The notes beneath the pieces were generated by a model. The model was not told the origin of the DNA and searched no databases. It was given only the letters and a program-made list of their open reading frames with translations. Shown in pieces: positions 1 to 9,839 of a DNA stretch of 64,000 bases. The DNA is from Candidatus Marinacidobacterales bacterium (GTDB taxonomy: Bacteria; Acidobacteriota; Vicinamibacteria; Marinacidobacterales; SMYC01). The position numbers and the translations under genes were made by a program. Every line of letters starts with the position of its first letter. Within the stretch, counting starts at the first letter, position 1. Location of the stretch: NCBI GenBank assembly GCA_965237955.1, contig OZ250169.1:6560001-6624000 (forward strand), in the 5' to 3' direction.

Positions 1-38
1 TTTCCAAAACGCTTCCAAAAAGCTGTCAAGCAAATAAT

Positions 39-1411
39 TGGTCCGGACCGGGTACATTGGTGACAAAACAGACCGGCGACATGGGTGACAATCCCTTTAC
101 CAGGGAGGTGGCCGATGCCGTGGGACGAGACGAATTGCATGAATGAACGAGTGAGATTCATCGCTGCGCGCCTTGAAGCTGGGGAGCCGTTCAGTGCCCT
201 GTGCGAACGGTTTGGGGTGAGCCGAAAGACTGGCTACAAGTGGGTCGAACGTTACGAGTTGGATGGGGTCGCAGGTCTGGAAGAGCGTTCTCGCGCCCCT
301 TTGTCGCATCCTCACGCTGTCGCGGACGACGTGGTGGAAAAGATTCTGAGAGCCCGGAAGAAACACCCGCGTTGGGGACCGCGCAAGTTGCGTGTCATCC
401 TGCAACGGCACTATCCGCAGCTCGCGCTGCCGGCGACGAGCACGATCGGAGAGGTTCTGCGTAAGAATGGGCTCATCCAGAAGCGGCGGCGGATACGCCG
501 AAGCTCTCCGTATGGCGATCGTCTGGGCGACTACGGGAGCCCCAATGCGGTGTGGTGTGCCGACTTCAAGGGACATTTTCCGGTTGCAGGGGAGCGTTGT
601 CACCCCTTGACCGTGAGCGACGGATGCAGTCGCTATTTATTTGCCTGTCAGGGTCTTCACCGGCCATTGTTCAAGCCGACACGGAAGATATTCGAATCGG
701 TATTTCGAGCATACGGTCTGCCGGACGCGATTCGAACCGACAACGGAGCGCCGTTCTCGACTCTTGCGCCAGGAGGACTGTCCAGACTTGCTGTTTGGTG
801 GATTCGTCTCGGAATCCGTCCTGAGCGGATTCAGCCCGGCCGACCCGATCAAAACGGAAGACATGAACGGATGCACAGCACCTTGAAGTCAGAGACGGCT
901 AAACCGCCCCGAGCGAGCTTTCGAGCACAGCAACGGGCATTCGATCGGTTCCGGGAGGAATACAACGAAATCCGCCCGCATGAGGCACTTGGTCAGGAGG
1001 TTCCTGCATCTCGCTATCAGCCCTCGAACCGCCCCTACCCTCGTCAGCTCCCGCAAATCGAATACCCGGAGCACTTCTACGTCGCTCAAACCTATCCCAA
1101 CGGAATGATCTCTTTTGAGTCCAAGCAGTGGTACATAAGCAGCTGTCTAAAGTCAGAGCGCGTCGGTCTCGAGCAAGTCGATGACGACCGGTGGAAGGTT
1201 CACTTCGGTCCCGTCCCTCTCGGGATTCTCGATGTTCGAAACGCCAGGGACCGTGGATATCGCGCCTTTGGGCTTCTAGTTTCTCCCGAACGACGAAGCA
1301 AGAGGCCATACAAAAGACGAGGCCCGAAATGATCTCGAAGAGAATCCACGACACCGCAAACTGTTACCTATGTGCCCGGTCTGTTTCGTTACCGATGTAG
1401 GCGGTTGCACA
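39..1411 (+). mobile_element. IS481-family insertion sequence
   Basis: Transposase bounded by imperfect ~50-bp inverted ends (left ...TACATTGGTGACAAAACAGACCGGCGACATGGGTGACA; right TGTTACCTATGTGCCCGGTCTGTTTCGTTACCGATGTA...GCACA). Exact left end and target duplication are uncertain. Confidence 0.85.
115..1332 (+). CDS. IS481-family DDE transposase
   Basis: MPW..ERVRFI..LCERFGVSRKTGYKW HTH; rve core WCADFKG...IRTDNG...QNGRHERMH. Confidence 0.95.
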   Translation: MPWDETNCMNERVRFIAARLEAGEPFSALCERFGVSRKTGYKWVERYELDGVAGLEERSRAPLSHPHAVADDVVEKILRARKKHPRWGPRKLRVILQRHYPQLALPATSTIGEVLRKNGLIQKRRRIRRSSPYGDRLGDYGSPNAVWCADFKGHFPVAGERCHPLTVSDGCSRYLFACQGLHRPLFKPTRKIFESVFRAYGLPDAIRTDNGAPFSTLAPGGLSRLAVWWIRLGIRPERIQPGRPDQNGRHERMHSTLKSETAKPPRASFRAQQRAFDRFREEYNEIRPHEALGQEVPASRYQPSNRPYPRQLPQIEYPEHFYVAQTYPNGMISFESKQWYISSCLKSERVGLEQVDDDRWKVHFGPVPLGILDVRNARDRGYRAFGLLVSPERRSKRPYKRRGPK

Positions 1412-1559
1412 ATTCGTTTTGTTCTACTTTTTTTCTGGAGCGTTCACACCAACTGTGCCCGGACACAGTTGCCCAAAGCACGACGTCCCAGCCCGCGCCC
1501 GAACCTGGGTGCCCGGAGCGGCCGTCCGCCCATCGCCCACTAATATCAGGCGCACGACC

Positions 1560-2038
1560 ATGACTTTGAGCCCGAACGATCGCCTCGGTTCCTACGAAAT
1601 CGTGGATCCCATCGGCGCGGGTGGGATGGAGAGGTCTATCGGGCTCGCGACACGAAGCTCGATCGGCACGTCGCGATCAAAGTCCTGCCCGCGGAGTTTT
1701 CGCGGGACCGTGAACGGCTGGCGCGGTTCGAGCGGGAAGCCAAGCTCCTGGCGTCACTCAACCACCGGAACATCGCGACGCTCCATGGGTTGGACGAGTC
1801 TGACGGGCAACTCTATCTCGTCATGGAGCTCCTGCCCGGAGAGACACTCGCGGAAAAATTGAAGCGCGGCCCACTCGCGGTCGACGAGGTGCTTGCCGTC
1901 GCGCGTCAGGTTGCCGCGCTCGAGGCGGCTCACGAGAACGGTGTCATCCATCGCGACCTGAAGCCCCCGAACATCAAAGTGATCCCGGAGGGTCAGGTCA
2001 AACGTCGACCGAGTCAGATGTTCTTGGTTTCCATGTGA
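1560..2038 (+). pseudogene. Ser/Thr protein kinase, frameshifted and 3'-truncated
   Basis: LGSYEIVDPIGAGGM, frameshift ~1629, then EVYRARDTKLDRHVAIK...IHRDLKPPNIK; ends before DFG. Confidence 0.9.
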
Positions 2039-2061
2039 TGTTACAGTCGCGTGTCTATTAT

Positions 2062-2553
2062 TCAGGCGTCTGGCGGCGGCGCGACACCGTCACCGCTCCG
2101 ATGGGATCGATGGCGCAGCAGAAACGACTTCAACATCAAATAGCCGATGACCGCCAGGACTGCGGAGAGAATCAAGTTCCCGAGCATAAAGGGCACGAGG
2201 AGGTTCCACGCATCGGCGGTCAGCGCACTCCAAAATTGACCGGACGCGAGCGTCTCGGAGCTCAGCTCGGGCAGAGTCGCGTCGCTCTCGAGAACGAAGG
2301 CACCGAGACCCGTGCCCAGAGCCAACATGGGAGCAACCGTCCACGGCGTGTTCGAGAAGACACCTGCGAGAAACGACAAACGGTTGAGCCTCACGAACAA
2401 CAGGATGACCATCGCGATGAGCGTGTGAAGGCCGATGAGCGGCGAAAAGGAGATGAAGACCCCGAAGCCGAAGGTCCGTGCCGTTCTCTCGGGCGGCTCG
2501 TCAAGGAGCAGGAGCTGGCGCAGGTAGCGCCTGAGGCTGCGCTTGTCAGCCAT
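2062..2553 (-). CDS. DUF2062-family membrane protein
   Basis: PERTARTFGFGVFISFSPLIGLHT...NTPWT motif; hydrophobic segments. Confidence 0.8.
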   Translation of the reverse strand: MADKRSLRRYLRQLLLLDEPPERTARTFGFGVFISFSPLIGLHTLIAMVILLFVRLNRLSFLAGVFSNTPWTVAPMLALGTGLGAFVLESDATLPELSSETLASGQFWSALTADAWNLLVPFMLGNLILSAVLAVIGYLMLKSFLLRHRSHRSGDGVAPPPDA

Positions 2554-3601
2554 GGCGAAAGTGATCCCACCCCTCCGCGGTCACGGGCTCGATGGTCCCG
2601 TCACGTCGGACAATTTCAATGGGCTCAATGGCCTCTCCCGGCGGATGCAGCTCACCGATCTTCGTGATCGCGACGTCCGACGCGTTTCGCAACGTTTCCA
2701 CTTTCTTTTCGCTGCGCGCGGTGAACAGGAGCTCGTAGTCCTCACCACCCGAGAGCGCGAGGACCGTCGGGTCGCGATCCCACGCGTGGCCCCAGGCGAG
2801 GACGCCAGGATGAAGTGGGAGCGAGCGCTCTTCGATGCGAGCGCCGACTCCACTGGCGCGGCCGAGCCGCGCCAGATCGATGCCCAGCCCGTCGGACACG
2901 TCGATGCAGGCGGAGGCGATCTTGCGATCGTTCAACTCTCTGCCGAGGCCGAGGCGAGGCTCAGGATCCATATGTGCGCGAATACAATCCTCCGCGAGCG
3001 CGAGCGGCCCGTCGCGCAAGCTTTCGGGCACCACGAGACTACCCGTCGCCGACAACACCGCGCCTTGTTGAAGCAGCTTCAACCCGCACACGGACGCGCC
3101 AATCTTACCGGAGACGTAGATCCCATCACCGGCGCGCGCACCGTCGCGACGGAGCGCGTGAGCGCCGCGCGTCGTTCCGAAAGCCGTAACGTCCACTACC
3201 ATCGCCCCGGTCGATGCCGATACGTTCCCCCCAACCAGCGCCATGCCGAGCTCGTCAGCGCGCTCGGCAGCCCCTTCGACGATCTGCCAAAGCGTCTCCA
3301 CTTCGAGCTCAGGGGAGACGACCAGTGACAACAATACTCCGACACCCGAGCCCCCCATCGCGGCAATGTCACTCGCACTCGCTGCAACTGCCTTGCGCCC
3401 GAGAAAACGAGGTGGAAGCGTCTCTTGCGTGAAGTGGGTCCCCTCGACGAGCGCATCGACCGTGAGCAGTACATGCTCCCCGTCCGGCATCGAGAGCGCC
3501 GCCGCATCGTCGCCGATCCCGATAGGAACCCTCTCACTAGGCGGAAATCTCGATCGTAACTCTTCGAGGAAAGCGTTTTCACCAAGCTCCGACAGTTTCA
3601 T
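2546..3601 (-). CDS. thiL: Thiamine-monophosphate kinase
   Basis: MKLSELGE, IGIGDDAA, EGTHF, SDIAAMGG, DVSDGL, GGEDYELLFT, GWDHF. Confidence 0.97.
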   Translation of the reverse strand: MKLSELGENAFLEELRSRFPPSERVPIGIGDDAAALSMPDGEHVLLTVDALVEGTHFTQETLPPRFLGRKAVAASASDIAAMGGSGVGVLLSLVVSPELEVETLWQIVEGAAERADELGMALVGGNVSASTGAMVVDVTAFGTTRGAHALRRDGARAGDGIYVSGKIGASVCGLKLLQQGAVLSATGSLVVPESLRDGPLALAEDCIRAHMDPEPRLGLGRELNDRKIASACIDVSDGLGIDLARLGRASGVGARIEERSLPLHPGVLAWGHAWDRDPTVLALSGGEDYELLFTARSEKKVETLRNASDVAITKIGELHPPGEAIEPIEIVRRDGTIEPVTAEGWDHFRHG

Positions 3602-3610
3602 TGATCTCGA

Positions 3611-3648
3611 GCTGATGGCTGACGGCCGATGGCTGATGGCTGATGGCT
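3611..3648. repeat. Heptamer tandem repeat (GC[T/C]GA[T/C]G)n
   Basis: gctgatg gctgacg gccgatg gctgatg gctgatg; the same unit recurs at 14016-14116, 21236-21270, 50387-50424 and 55684-55820. Confidence 0.9.
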
Positions 3649-3666
3649 GCAGCGTGAGCAGAAAAC

Positions 3667-3833
3667 CCCCGCTTTGCCGTGTGAGGGAATCTATCTGAAC
3701 CACCGGTAAAGGGAGGTGATCGCCCCGACGCCCTTCGCGAACTCCATAGGAGCCGTGCTCCAGGCGGCCGGGTGGACCTCCGATTCAAATAAATGTTGGC
3801 TCAATAGTGTTCCTCATCACGTGCAAAGCAGGG
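3667..3833 (-). ncRNA. ssrS: 6S RNA
   Basis: Lies directly downstream of zapA (conserved synteny). Ends pair (CCCTGCTTTGC..GTGATGAGGAA / TTCCCTCACACGGCAAAGCGGGG); contains TTGAGCCAACA and GGTTCA motifs; ~170 nt. Confidence 0.88.
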
Positions 3834-3836
3834 TAC

Positions 3837-4175
3837 TCAGATGGCAGGCGACGTTTGGGTAGGCTCTCGAAGCGACTTCTCGAGAGTCTTCACGAGCCCG
3901 TCGACACGACCGGCGAGATCTTCGTCGGAAATCCGCTCGCGCTCTTCGGCTTTGAAGAGCTCGTCGGCAATGTTGAGCGCCGCCAGGATGGCGACCTTCA
4001 ATGACTCGGAGGTTCCCGTCGCGTCCGCGATCGTGCGCATCTTGGTATCGACGAATCGCGCGAGCTCTTCGATATAGGCAACGTCTTCTTCGGCGCGAAC
4101 TTTGTAGGTTCGGCCCATGATGACGACAGGGACCAGACTGGAATCTTGCTTGTCATGTTTGTCAGGGGCGCTCAT
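3837..4175 (-). CDS. zapA: Cell division protein ZapA
   Basis: VVIMGRTYKV...ELARFVDTKMR...KVAILAALNIADELF. Confidence 0.95.
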   Translation of the reverse strand: MSAPDKHDKQDSSLVPVVIMGRTYKVRAEEDVAYIEELARFVDTKMRTIADATGTSESLKVAILAALNIADELFKAEERERISDEDLAGRVDGLVKTLEKSLREPTQTSPAI

Positions 4176-4185
4176 TTTTTACCTT

Positions 4186-4506
4186 CTACGGTTCGAGCTT
4201 CTCGATGCGCTCGAGAAGCAGGGCAACTTTCGATCGGATGGTTTTTCGTTCCTTCCGGAGCGCGTCCAGCTCTGCATGGGACGCACCGCCCCCGTCTTCT
4301 AAGGCGTCTTCAGAAACATCCGCGGATCGACCTTCGGACCGGGATAGGAGCTCACGCCGGAGCTCAGCCACTTCGCCATTCAGCGAGTAGTTCGTCTCGC
4401 GAAGCTCGCCAATGAGCTCGGTGGCCTGTTGGATCTTGTCTTCGAGTTTGGCGAGCTCGGCGACACGGGTCGACGCTTGGTCTTCCTCGCGCTCCGTGTC
4501 AGACAC
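4186..4506 (-). CDS. zapB: ZapB-like coiled-coil cell division protein
   Basis: Coiled coil LAKLEDKIQQATELIGELR...LRKERKTIRSKVALLLERIEKL, upstream of zapA; GTG start inferred. Confidence 0.75.
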   Translation of the reverse strand: MSDTEREEDQASTRVAELAKLEDKIQQATELIGELRETNYSLNGEVAELRRELLSRSEGRSADVSEDALEDGGGASHAELDALRKERKTIRSKVALLLERIEKLEP

Positions 4507-4511
4507 CGGGA

Positions 4512-4871
4512 TCAGCTCGCGAGCGCTTCCTTGGCGACGCCCACGAGCTCGGCGAAAGCGTTCTCGTCGTGAATAGCGAGCTCGGAGAGCTGTTGTCGAT
4601 TGAGCGCGACGTTGGCTTTGGAAAGCCCCGCAATGAAAGTGCTGTACGACATGCCGTTCGAGCGCGCCGCGGCGCCGATGCGAATGATCCACAGACGTCG
4701 GAAATCGCGCTTCTTGGTGCGGCGGTCGCGATACGCGTACGACAGAGCGCGATCGACCGACTCCATGGCGGAGCGGTAGAGCTTGCTCTTGGTCCCACGA
4801 AACCCTTTGGCGAGCTTCAACACCTTTTGGCGGTGTTTCCGCCGGTTGGAACCTCGTTTCACTCTTGGCAT
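4512..4871 (-). CDS. rplT: 50S ribosomal protein L20
   Basis: MPRVKRG...AYRDRRTKKRDFRRLWIIRI. Confidence 0.99.
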   Translation of the reverse strand: MPRVKRGSNRRKHRQKVLKLAKGFRGTKSKLYRSAMESVDRALSYAYRDRRTKKRDFRRLWIIRIGAAARSNGMSYSTFIAGLSKANVALNRQQLSELAIHDENAFAELVGVAKEALAS

Positions 4872-4905
4872 TTTCTAGTTGATCTCCAAACTCTTACGCC
4901 AAACT

Positions 4906-5100
4906 TTATGGAAGAAGCGGCGCTATGAACTTTTTGTCGGCCTTGGACACCAGACCCGACTTCCGCAATTTGCGCTTCCGGCTGCGGCTTTTCTTCGTCA
5001 AGATATGGCTCGCGTGCGAGTGACCGCGTTTGATCTTGCCAGTCGCCGTCTTGCGAAAACGCTTGGCAGCTCCGCGATGCGATTTAGCTTTCTTCCCCAC
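4906..5100 (-). CDS. rpmI: 50S ribosomal protein L35
   Basis: [20 protein letters not shown]...HILTKKS. Confidence 0.98.
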   Translation of the reverse strand: MGKKAKSHRGAAKRFRKTATGKIKRGHSHASHILTKKSRSRKRKLRKSGLVSKADKKFIAPLLP

Positions 5101-5147
5101 TAGTATCTCCTGTTGATGTGCGTGGCGGCAGGCCCATTCAGGCCCAT

Positions 5148-5717
5148 TCAGGCCGATTCTTCTTGAACCTCGCCTTCCTCTTTGGCCGCTTTCATTTTTT
5201 CCAAGACCGCTTTTCTCGGCGCCAGAATCTGGTGCATCTGGTTGCCTTCCATCCTCGAGCGTGACTCGACGGTCGCGATCTCGTCGAGCTCTTTCGCGAC
5301 TCGGTCCAAAATCTTCACGCCCAGCTGACCATGCGAGCGCTCACGACCGCGAAACATGATCGTTATCTTGACTTTGTTGCCATCCATGAGAAATCGCTCG
5401 ACGTGTTTCTTTTTGAACGTGTAGTCGTGCAGATCAATCTTCACGCGAAATTTGATCTCTTTGACTTGTATCTGCTTTTGGTGCTTCTTCGCTTCGTGGG
5501 CGCGTTTGTTCTTCTGATACAGATACTTTCCATAGTTCATGATCCGGCACACCGGCGGATTCGCTTTTGCGACGATCTCCACCAGGTCCAGCTCTCGCTC
5601 CTTGGCCATACGGAGCGCGTCCTCGGGTCGAACGATACCGACCTGCTCTCCGTTCTCATCGATCAAGCGAATCTCGCGGGCGCGGATTCGCTCGTTCACC
5701 CGGGTCGACCTATCGAT
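5148..5717 (-). CDS. infC: Translation initiation factor IF-3 (probable ATC start)
   Basis: [13 protein letters not shown]...[11 protein letters not shown]...FRGRE; SD AGGAGGTG sits just upstream of an in-frame ATC at 5717. Confidence 0.97.
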   Translation of the reverse strand: MDRSTRVNERIRAREIRLIDENGEQVGIVRPEDALRMAKERELDLVEIVAKANPPVCRIMNYGKYLYQKNKRAHEAKKHQKQIQVKEIKFRVKIDLHDYTFKKKHVERFLMDGNKVKITIMFRGRERSHGQLGVKILDRVAKELDEIATVESRSRMEGNQMHQILAPRKAVLEKMKAAKEEGEVQEESA

Positions 5718-5816
5718 ACGCCACCTCCTGGCTAATGTCCCACACGTTCATTGGCACTATTATGCCTTTGCAGCAAGCCCCATTTCCACCGGTATGACGC
5801 CGTCTCATGCTCATGT

Positions 5817-7733
5817 TCAAGGGAATAGAGCCTTTTCCTCGACGAGGGTCCTCATCTGCTCGATGAACTTCGGCATCTCGGCCGGTCCCTGGTCCCCGTC
5901 CTTCCGGTTGCGGACCGCAACGGTTCCGGCTTCTTTTTCCTTGTCTCCGGCGACGAGCATGAACGGGATCTTCTGGAGCTGCGCCTCGCGGATCTTGAAG
6001 CCGATCTTTTCGTTACGAGCGTCGAGCTCGACGCGAAACCCTGCGTCCCGGAGCTCGCGCACCACAGACTCGGCGTAATCGTGGTGTTTGTCCGAGATCG
6101 GCAGCACCACGGCCTGTACGGGAGCGAGCCAGACCGGAAACGCCCCGGCGGTGTGCTCGATGAGAACGGCCATGAACCGCTCGATCGAGCCCAGGATCGC
6201 CCGGTGGATGAGAACGGGCCGCTTCCGGGTGCCGTCTTCCGCGGCATAGTGGAGATCGAACCGCTCCGCCTGCACGAAATCCACCTGGATGGTGGCGCAC
6301 TGGTGCGAGCGGCGAATCGCATCCTGGACGTGAAAATCGATCTTAGGTCCGTAGAACGCCCCGTCACCCGGGTTGAGCTTGTACTCGATTCCCGAGCGTT
6401 CCAGACCACTGAAGAGAGAAGCTTCCGCGGCCTCCCACTGCTCGTCGGAGCCAATGGATTTTTCCGGCCGCGTCGATAGCTCGACCCGGACACCTTCGAA
6501 ACCGAACTCCTCGTAGACCTCGACCGCGAGCGCGATGAGGGCCACGACCTCCTGCTCGATTTGCTCGAGAGTGCAGTAGATGTGGGCATCGTCCTGCACG
6601 AACGAGCGCACCCGCGTCAGACCCGACAGCACACCGGAACGCTCGTTGCGGTGGCAGTGACCGAACTCCGACAACCGCAGGGGGAGCTCACGATAGCTCC
6701 GGAGCGACGATGCGTACACGATGGCGGCACCGGGGCAGTTCATCGGCTTTATCGCGAACTCTGCCTCGTCGGATTCGACGAAGAACATGTTCTCCCGATA
6801 GTTATCCAGGTGGCCGCTTTTGCGCCACACGTCGACGTTCATCACCAGCGGCGTCTTGATCTCCTGATAGCCACGCACGTCGAGCTTTTTGCGCATGTAC
6901 TCCATGAGCCCGTGCACGACCCTGAGGCCCTTCGGAAGCCAAAACACCTGTCCGGGCGCCTCTTGGCGGATGACGAACAGCTGGAGCTCGTTGCCGAGCT
7001 TGCGGTGGTCGCGCTTTTTCGCCTCCTCGAGGTTTTTCAAATGCTCGGCGAGGGTCTTTTTGTCGTAGAACGTCGTGGCGTAGATGCGCTGCATGGGCGC
7101 GTTGGCCTCGTCGCCCTTCCAATAAGCCGCCGAGCTCTTGAGGACTTTGATCGCCTTGATGACACCGCTATGCGGCACGTGCGGGCCTTCGCAAAAATCG
7201 TAAAACGGCCCGAGTCGATAGCAGGACACGATGTCGTCGCCTTTTTCGTCCACGAGCTCTTTCTTGAACGATTGCCCCAACTCCTGGAACTTCGCGATCG
7301 CCTCCGACTTGGGAATCTCCTCGCGCTCGAACGGAACTTTGTGCTTCGCGAGCTCCTTCATCCTGTCTTCGATCTTCTGGAGATCCTCGGGCGTGAACGG
7401 CTCGTCGACGACGAAATCGTAGAAGAATCCCCCGTCGATCGGCGGACCGATTCCGTACTGGGCGTTCGGGAACAGCTCGGTGACCGCTGCCGCGAGCAAG
7501 TGGGCGGAGCTGTGGCGGAAAATCTCGAGCGTCTCGTCGTCCTTGGGAGTCAGGATCTTGACGTCCGCGCTCTTTTTGATGCCGCGAGAGAGATCGAAGG
7601 GCTCCCCGTCGACGAGTGCGGCGATGGCGTTTTGCGCGAGCCCGGGCCCGATGTCTTCGGCGATCGTCCGCGCGGTCACACCGGCCGGGTATTCCTTGGC
7701 CGACCCATCGGGCAGTGTCACAGTGATATTCAT
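5817..7733 (-). CDS. thrS: Threonine-tRNA ligase
   Basis: TGS domain, RHSSAHLLA, RDHRKLG, KPMNCP, AFYGPKIDF, IHRAILGSIERF. Confidence 0.99.
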   Translation of the reverse strand: MNITVTLPDGSAKEYPAGVTARTIAEDIGPGLAQNAIAALVDGEPFDLSRGIKKSADVKILTPKDDETLEIFRHSSAHLLAAAVTELFPNAQYGIGPPIDGGFFYDFVVDEPFTPEDLQKIEDRMKELAKHKVPFEREEIPKSEAIAKFQELGQSFKKELVDEKGDDIVSCYRLGPFYDFCEGPHVPHSGVIKAIKVLKSSAAYWKGDEANAPMQRIYATTFYDKKTLAEHLKNLEEAKKRDHRKLGNELQLFVIRQEAPGQVFWLPKGLRVVHGLMEYMRKKLDVRGYQEIKTPLVMNVDVWRKSGHLDNYRENMFFVESDEAEFAIKPMNCPGAAIVYASSLRSYRELPLRLSEFGHCHRNERSGVLSGLTRVRSFVQDDAHIYCTLEQIEQEVVALIALAVEVYEEFGFEGVRVELSTRPEKSIGSDEQWEAAEASLFSGLERSGIEYKLNPGDGAFYGPKIDFHVQDAIRRSHQCATIQVDFVQAERFDLHYAAEDGTRKRPVLIHRAILGSIERFMAVLIEHTAGAFPVWLAPVQAVVLPISDKHHDYAESVVRELRDAGFRVELDARNEKIGFKIREAQLQKIPFMLVAGDKEKEAGTVAVRNRKDGDQGPAEMPKFIEQMRTLVEEKALFP

Positions 7734-7799
7734 AAACTAAACAAAAAGAGTCCGCGGCGAATCCAGATTTGGATCCTCACGGACAACAAACCTTGAAAG

Positions 7800-7874
7800 T
7801 GGTAGGCGCGGGCGGATTTGAACCGCCGACTTCTACCGTGTCAAGGTAGCGCTCTCCCCCTGAGCTACGCGCCT
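7800..7874 (-). tRNA. tRNA-Val (GAC)
   Basis: AGGCGCGTAGCTCAGGGGGAGAGCGCTACCTTGACACGGTAGAAGTCGGCGGTTCAAATCCGCCCGCGCCTACCA; cloverleaf, anticodon GAC, encoded CCA. Confidence 0.98.
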
Positions 7875-7895
7875 ATCGACTCCAATCCGCCTTGA

Positions 7896-7924
7896 ATACT
7901 AGCAACGTCACTGCATCGTGTCAA
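7896..7924 (-). promoter_or_regulatory. Sigma70-type promoter for the tRNA-Val/thrS operon
   Basis: TTGACA-17 nt-TAGTAT about 20 nt upstream of the tRNA. Confidence 0.7.
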
Positions 7925-7992
7925 GGCGAGAAGCTCTTTTTTTTCTTGGGGATACGGCTCCGAGGGTGGTTCGGGTCGGGTTTTCTCGTCCA

Positions 7993-8022
7993 TTGACTTG
8001 TAGAGAACCCTGAGGTGATAAT
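7993..8022 (+). promoter_or_regulatory. Putative sigma70 promoter for the GspE/PilB gene
   Basis: TTGACT-18 nt-GATAAT upstream of ATG 8048. Confidence 0.45.
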
Positions 8023-8047
8023 GCTTAGAAGAAAAATCCAGTTCTCC

Positions 8048-9793
8048 ATGGCTACAACTCCACGACGCCCGATAGCACCGTCATCTGAATCCGCGTCCAT
8101 CCCCAACTTGGTGCGGATCCTGACCGGCCAGAACCTCCTGAGCGCCGAAGAGCGGGAGCAAGTCGAGCGCTACATGAAAGTCCAGCAGCTCTCGGAGGAG
8201 TCGGCGCTCCGCCATCTCGGCAAGCTCAGCGAGGACGAGATCACGGAAGCCGTCGCCAAGGAGGCAGAGCTTCCTTACCTCAAGATCAACCCGTTGGATC
8301 TCGATCTGGACGTGGTGACGGCGGCGCTTCCAGCGCCTTTCGCCCGGCGGCACACCATGTGCGCCGTGTCCAAGCATGGCAACACCGTGACCCTGGCCAT
8401 TGCGAACCCGTTCAACCGGGCACCGCTTCGGGACTTGCAGCAGTTTGGTGGAATGGAAGTGAAGCTCGTCGTCGCGTCTCGGACGGACATCGAGAGCGTC
8501 AACAAGGGGTTTTACGACCTCAAGACGTCCCTGAAAGCGGCGGAATCACAGCTCACCGAAGGTCGGGTGACGGCCATCGACATCACCAACCAGGAGTTCT
8601 TGTCGGGCCCATCCGTAGAGATGGACCCGACGATGCAGCCGGTGATCACGGCGCTCGACAACATGCTCGCGCATGCGTTCGATCAGCGTGCATCGGATAT
8701 CCACATGGAGCCCAAGCGGAACATCGCCCTCGTCCGGCTTCGTATCGACGGCATACTCCACGACGTGCACGTCATCCCGAAGATCGTGTATCAGGCGGTC
8801 GTGAGTCGCGTGAAGATGCTCAGTGGGCTCAACATCGCCGAGAAGAGGCGACCTCAAGACGGTCGCATCAAGAGGAACGAGGGCAACAAAGAGGTCGAGA
8901 TCCGCGTTTCGACGATGCCGACGGTTTTCGGCGAAAAAGCAGTGCTCCGAATCTTCGACCCCGACATCTTGTTGAAATCGGTTCCCGAGCTCGGGTTCTC
9001 AGAGACCGACCTCCCGCGCTTTATGCCGTTTCTCGAGCATCGCGAAGGCATCATCCTCGTCACCGGTCCCACCGGCAGCGGCAAGACGACGACCCTCTAC
9101 TCGGTGCTGAAATATATGTCCAAGCCGGAGGTCAACATCGTCACCATCGAGGATCCGATCGAGCTGGTCTACGACGATTTCAACCAGGTGCAAATCCGAC
9201 CCGAGCTCGACGTCACCTTCGCGAACGCGATCAGAACCGTGCTGCGCCAGGATCCCGACATCGTGATGGTGGGTGAGATCCGTGACAGCGAGACCGCGGA
9301 TATGGCGATTCAAGCGGCGCTCACCGGTCACCTCGTGTTCTCGACGCTCCACACGAACGACGCGCCGTCGGCGATCACGAGACTGCTGGATCTGGGCGCC
9401 CCACCATTTCTCATTACGTCCACGCTGATCGGAGTGCTCGCGCAACGCCTCGTCCGCACCCTTTGCCCGAAGTGTGTCGAGGACGTCGAGCCTACCGAGG
9501 ACGACGCTCTCGGTCTCAACGCGCCGTTCGAGAAGATCCGCGACCTGACGTTCCGGCTGGGACAAGGTTGCATCCATTGCCGCCAGACCGGCTATCACGG
9601 CAGGAGCGGCATCTACGAAATCATGCCCGCGTCCCGAAAGATCCGAAAGCTGATCATTTCGAAGACGGCGTCACCGGAGATCGTCAGGACCGCAAGAGAC
9701 GAAGGCATGCGAACGTTGAGAGAAACCGCCATCCAGAAACTGGTCAAAGGCGACACCACTGTTTCGGAAGTCATCCGCGTTACTGGACGGTAG
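8048..9793 (+). CDS. GspE/PilB-family secretion/pilus assembly ATPase
   Basis: ASDIHMEP, RRPQDGRI, GPTGSGKTTTLY, LRQDPDIVMVGEIRD, tetracysteine motif, GYHGR. Confidence 0.95.
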   Translation: MATTPRRPIAPSSESASIPNLVRILTGQNLLSAEEREQVERYMKVQQLSEESALRHLGKLSEDEITEAVAKEAELPYLKINPLDLDLDVVTAALPAPFARRHTMCAVSKHGNTVTLAIANPFNRAPLRDLQQFGGMEVKLVVASRTDIESVNKGFYDLKTSLKAAESQLTEGRVTAIDITNQEFLSGPSVEMDPTMQPVITALDNMLAHAFDQRASDIHMEPKRNIALVRLRIDGILHDVHVIPKIVYQAVVSRVKMLSGLNIAEKRRPQDGRIKRNEGNKEVEIRVSTMPTVFGEKAVLRIFDPDILLKSVPELGFSETDLPRFMPFLEHREGIILVTGPTGSGKTTTLYSVLKYMSKPEVNIVTIEDPIELVYDDFNQVQIRPELDVTFANAIRTVLRQDPDIVMVGEIRDSETADMAIQAALTGHLVFSTLHTNDAPSAITRLLDLGAPPFLITSTLIGVLAQRLVRTLCPKCVEDVEPTEDDALGLNAPFEKIRDLTFRLGQGCIHCRQTGYHGRSGIYEIMPASRKIRKLIISKTASPEIVRTARDEGMRTLRETAIQKLVKGDTTVSEVIRVTGR

Positions 9794-9839
9794 GTGCGGG
9801 CGGCACAACGATTCGGCCATCAGCTCGCCGCCCTGGCAA

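Noticed and set aside
5128-5158. Short 11-bp tandem repeat CAGGCCCATT at the end of infC
   Set aside because: A local slippage duplication overlapping the stop codon; no other copies or function are evident.
7800-7874. Prophage or island integrated at tRNA-Val
   Set aside because: No integrase or duplicated tRNA 3' end is present, and thrS follows directly.
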